DNA of 64,000 nt from the human T2T-CHM13v2.0 reference genome, Homo sapiens. How positions within the stretch are numbered: position 1 is the stretch's first letter; each line of letters begins with the position of its first letter. The notes below the pieces were generated by a model. The model worked only from the letters and a program-made list of their open reading frames with translations. It did not search any database and was not told where the DNA came from. The position numbers and the translations under genes are program-made. Below are positions 62,044 through 64,000 of the stretch, in pieces. The stretch is taken from assembly GCF_009914755.1 (NCBI RefSeq), contig NC_060947.1. One strand, written 5' to 3'.

Positions 62044-62253
62044 GCATCTACTGGGTGTCTTGGAATTTATCTCCCAAGGATAAGGTGGGGACTACCGTAC
62101 TTAATATAACATAGAAGGACTTTAAGATTTTAAGTTACTGAAAAAGATTTTTGAAATTTTGACAAGTTCACTTAAACTTGTATCCCATTTACATTCACTT
62201 AATTTACTTATTCTTGACAATTCTTGAATTGCTCATTAAACAAAACTGGCCAT

Positions 62254-62885
<632 letters not shown>

Positions 62886-63817
62886 GAAGATACCTCTTTT
62901 CTTTGACCTCTAACCATTTTACTCATAGTAGCAGTAGGGATTGAGTCAAGGGACCTTTGTCCTTTTTTAAAATGACCTGCCTGATTATTGCCCTAAGCAA
63001 TTTTTAGTTAGGCTGCTCATTATATTTGTCTTTGGGCTTTTAAAATTTCTCCAAACTGAGGTAAATAGAGTGGACTGGTTTGGGTCACTGAAATGTTGGG
63101 GGACCAACAGGGAGTCCCTCTGGTTCATCCATCCTTTGTTAGATTCAACCTTTGTTTTAACCCCATCAGTGTCCATTTTAGTCATCTCATTTTTAAGAAC
63201 CATCTAAAAATTTTCTACGCCAAATTTGCATTTCTAAAGTGATGGTTCTTAGGTAAAACAAGGTACAAAATTTATATCTCAAAGGTACAGAACTCAGATT
63301 TCAGCACTAATTGTCATTATTTGCTCAAACCAAGAAAAGAAGGTATAGGTAAAGGCCCAGTTAAGACAAGATGGCCAAGAAAATCACCTTAAACAAAGGT
63401 AAGGCTTGTTATGTAAATTTAAGTCAATGCTTTCTCCATTGTAAGAGCTTCTAATAAGAGTCCTGCCTTTCTTCCGGTGCAGAGACAGAGACAGCCTTAT
63501 AAATGGAGATTTCCTTTATAGATGTAAATTTATTTTACAAAACGTCTCAAAATAACTAAAAATAGGCAGATTCCCAGCCCAAGTTTTTAAATTAGATTAC
63601 TGAGTTCAGAGTGGTTCCCATTAATGCATAGGGCAGACAAAGCATCTTCTATGCCAGCCTAGGATACATTTCACTGTTGTTCTGAGTTTAAGATTTTGAC
63701 GAAGGCATAGAGTGGTTAAAGAAGCAGGCCACCTTTATCTGAGGGCTGAACTTCTCTAAACAACTTTTTTATCCTGAGATGGGAAAATAAGCAAAAAGGT
63801 TAATAAATTTAGAGTAC

Positions 63818-64000
63818 TATCGATGAAAAGTGTCAAACTCTGTAAAATATTTTTGAAAAGATTTTTTCTGATCCAAATATGAGTCACCATGACCCATGAC
63901 ACAGCCCTCAGGAGATCCTGAGAATATGTGCCCAAGGTGTTTGAGGTGCAGCTTGGTTTTATACATTTTAGGGAGATGTGAAACTTCAATCAAACACATT
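63818..64000 (-). mobile_element. MER4-family LTR, cut by the window end
   Basis: gatgaaaagtgtcaaactctgtaaaatatt...acagccctcaggagatcctgagaatatgtgcccaagg; homologous to 61433 onward. Confidence 0.82.

Larger units (their letters stand above)
54353..62098. mobile_element. Tigger2-derived MITE (MER8-like), split into 54353-54451, 61248-61432 and 62044-62098
   Basis: gtttcagttatctgcgatcaattgcagttcagaaataggtgagtacaatataatgagatattttgagaga | gaccacat...ggtttcaggcat | ctactgggtgtcttggaa...ggataaggtggggactac. Confidence 0.75.

Overview
This is primate (human-like, hominoid) nuclear DNA and is almost entirely transposable-element derived. I recognise no host protein-coding exon, CRISPR array or prokaryotic-style system. 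Main contents: (1) three full-length L1s of different ages on the minus strand: an L1PA8-13-type at 659-6623, an L1MA-type at ~19244-29288 with nested THE1/MST/Alu/L1 insertions, and an L1PA2/3-type at 34244-40261 with intact ORF1 and an ORF0; (2) several truncated or 5'-inverted L1s; (3) about 13 Alus, plus L2/MIR/hAT/Tigger remnants; (4) a U3 snoRNA pseudogene; (5) a two-LTR tRNA-Phe-primed HERV-F-type provirus (most like HERVH48/HERV-Fb with MER48 LTRs) at 54452-61247, nested in a Tigger2-derived MITE inside older MER4-group ERV sequence. The most notable items are a full-length 5S rRNA fused directly to an AluY under one target-site duplication (a chimeric retrogene), an apparent retroposed ~1.2 kb genomic or transcript segment that splits an L1MB, and several clear junction signatures (a micro twin-priming inversion, fold-back filler at a deletion, a re-used target site). 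Subfamily names come from recall of consensus sequences and need RepeatMasker/Dfam confirmation. I found no evidence of a wholly new biological system.
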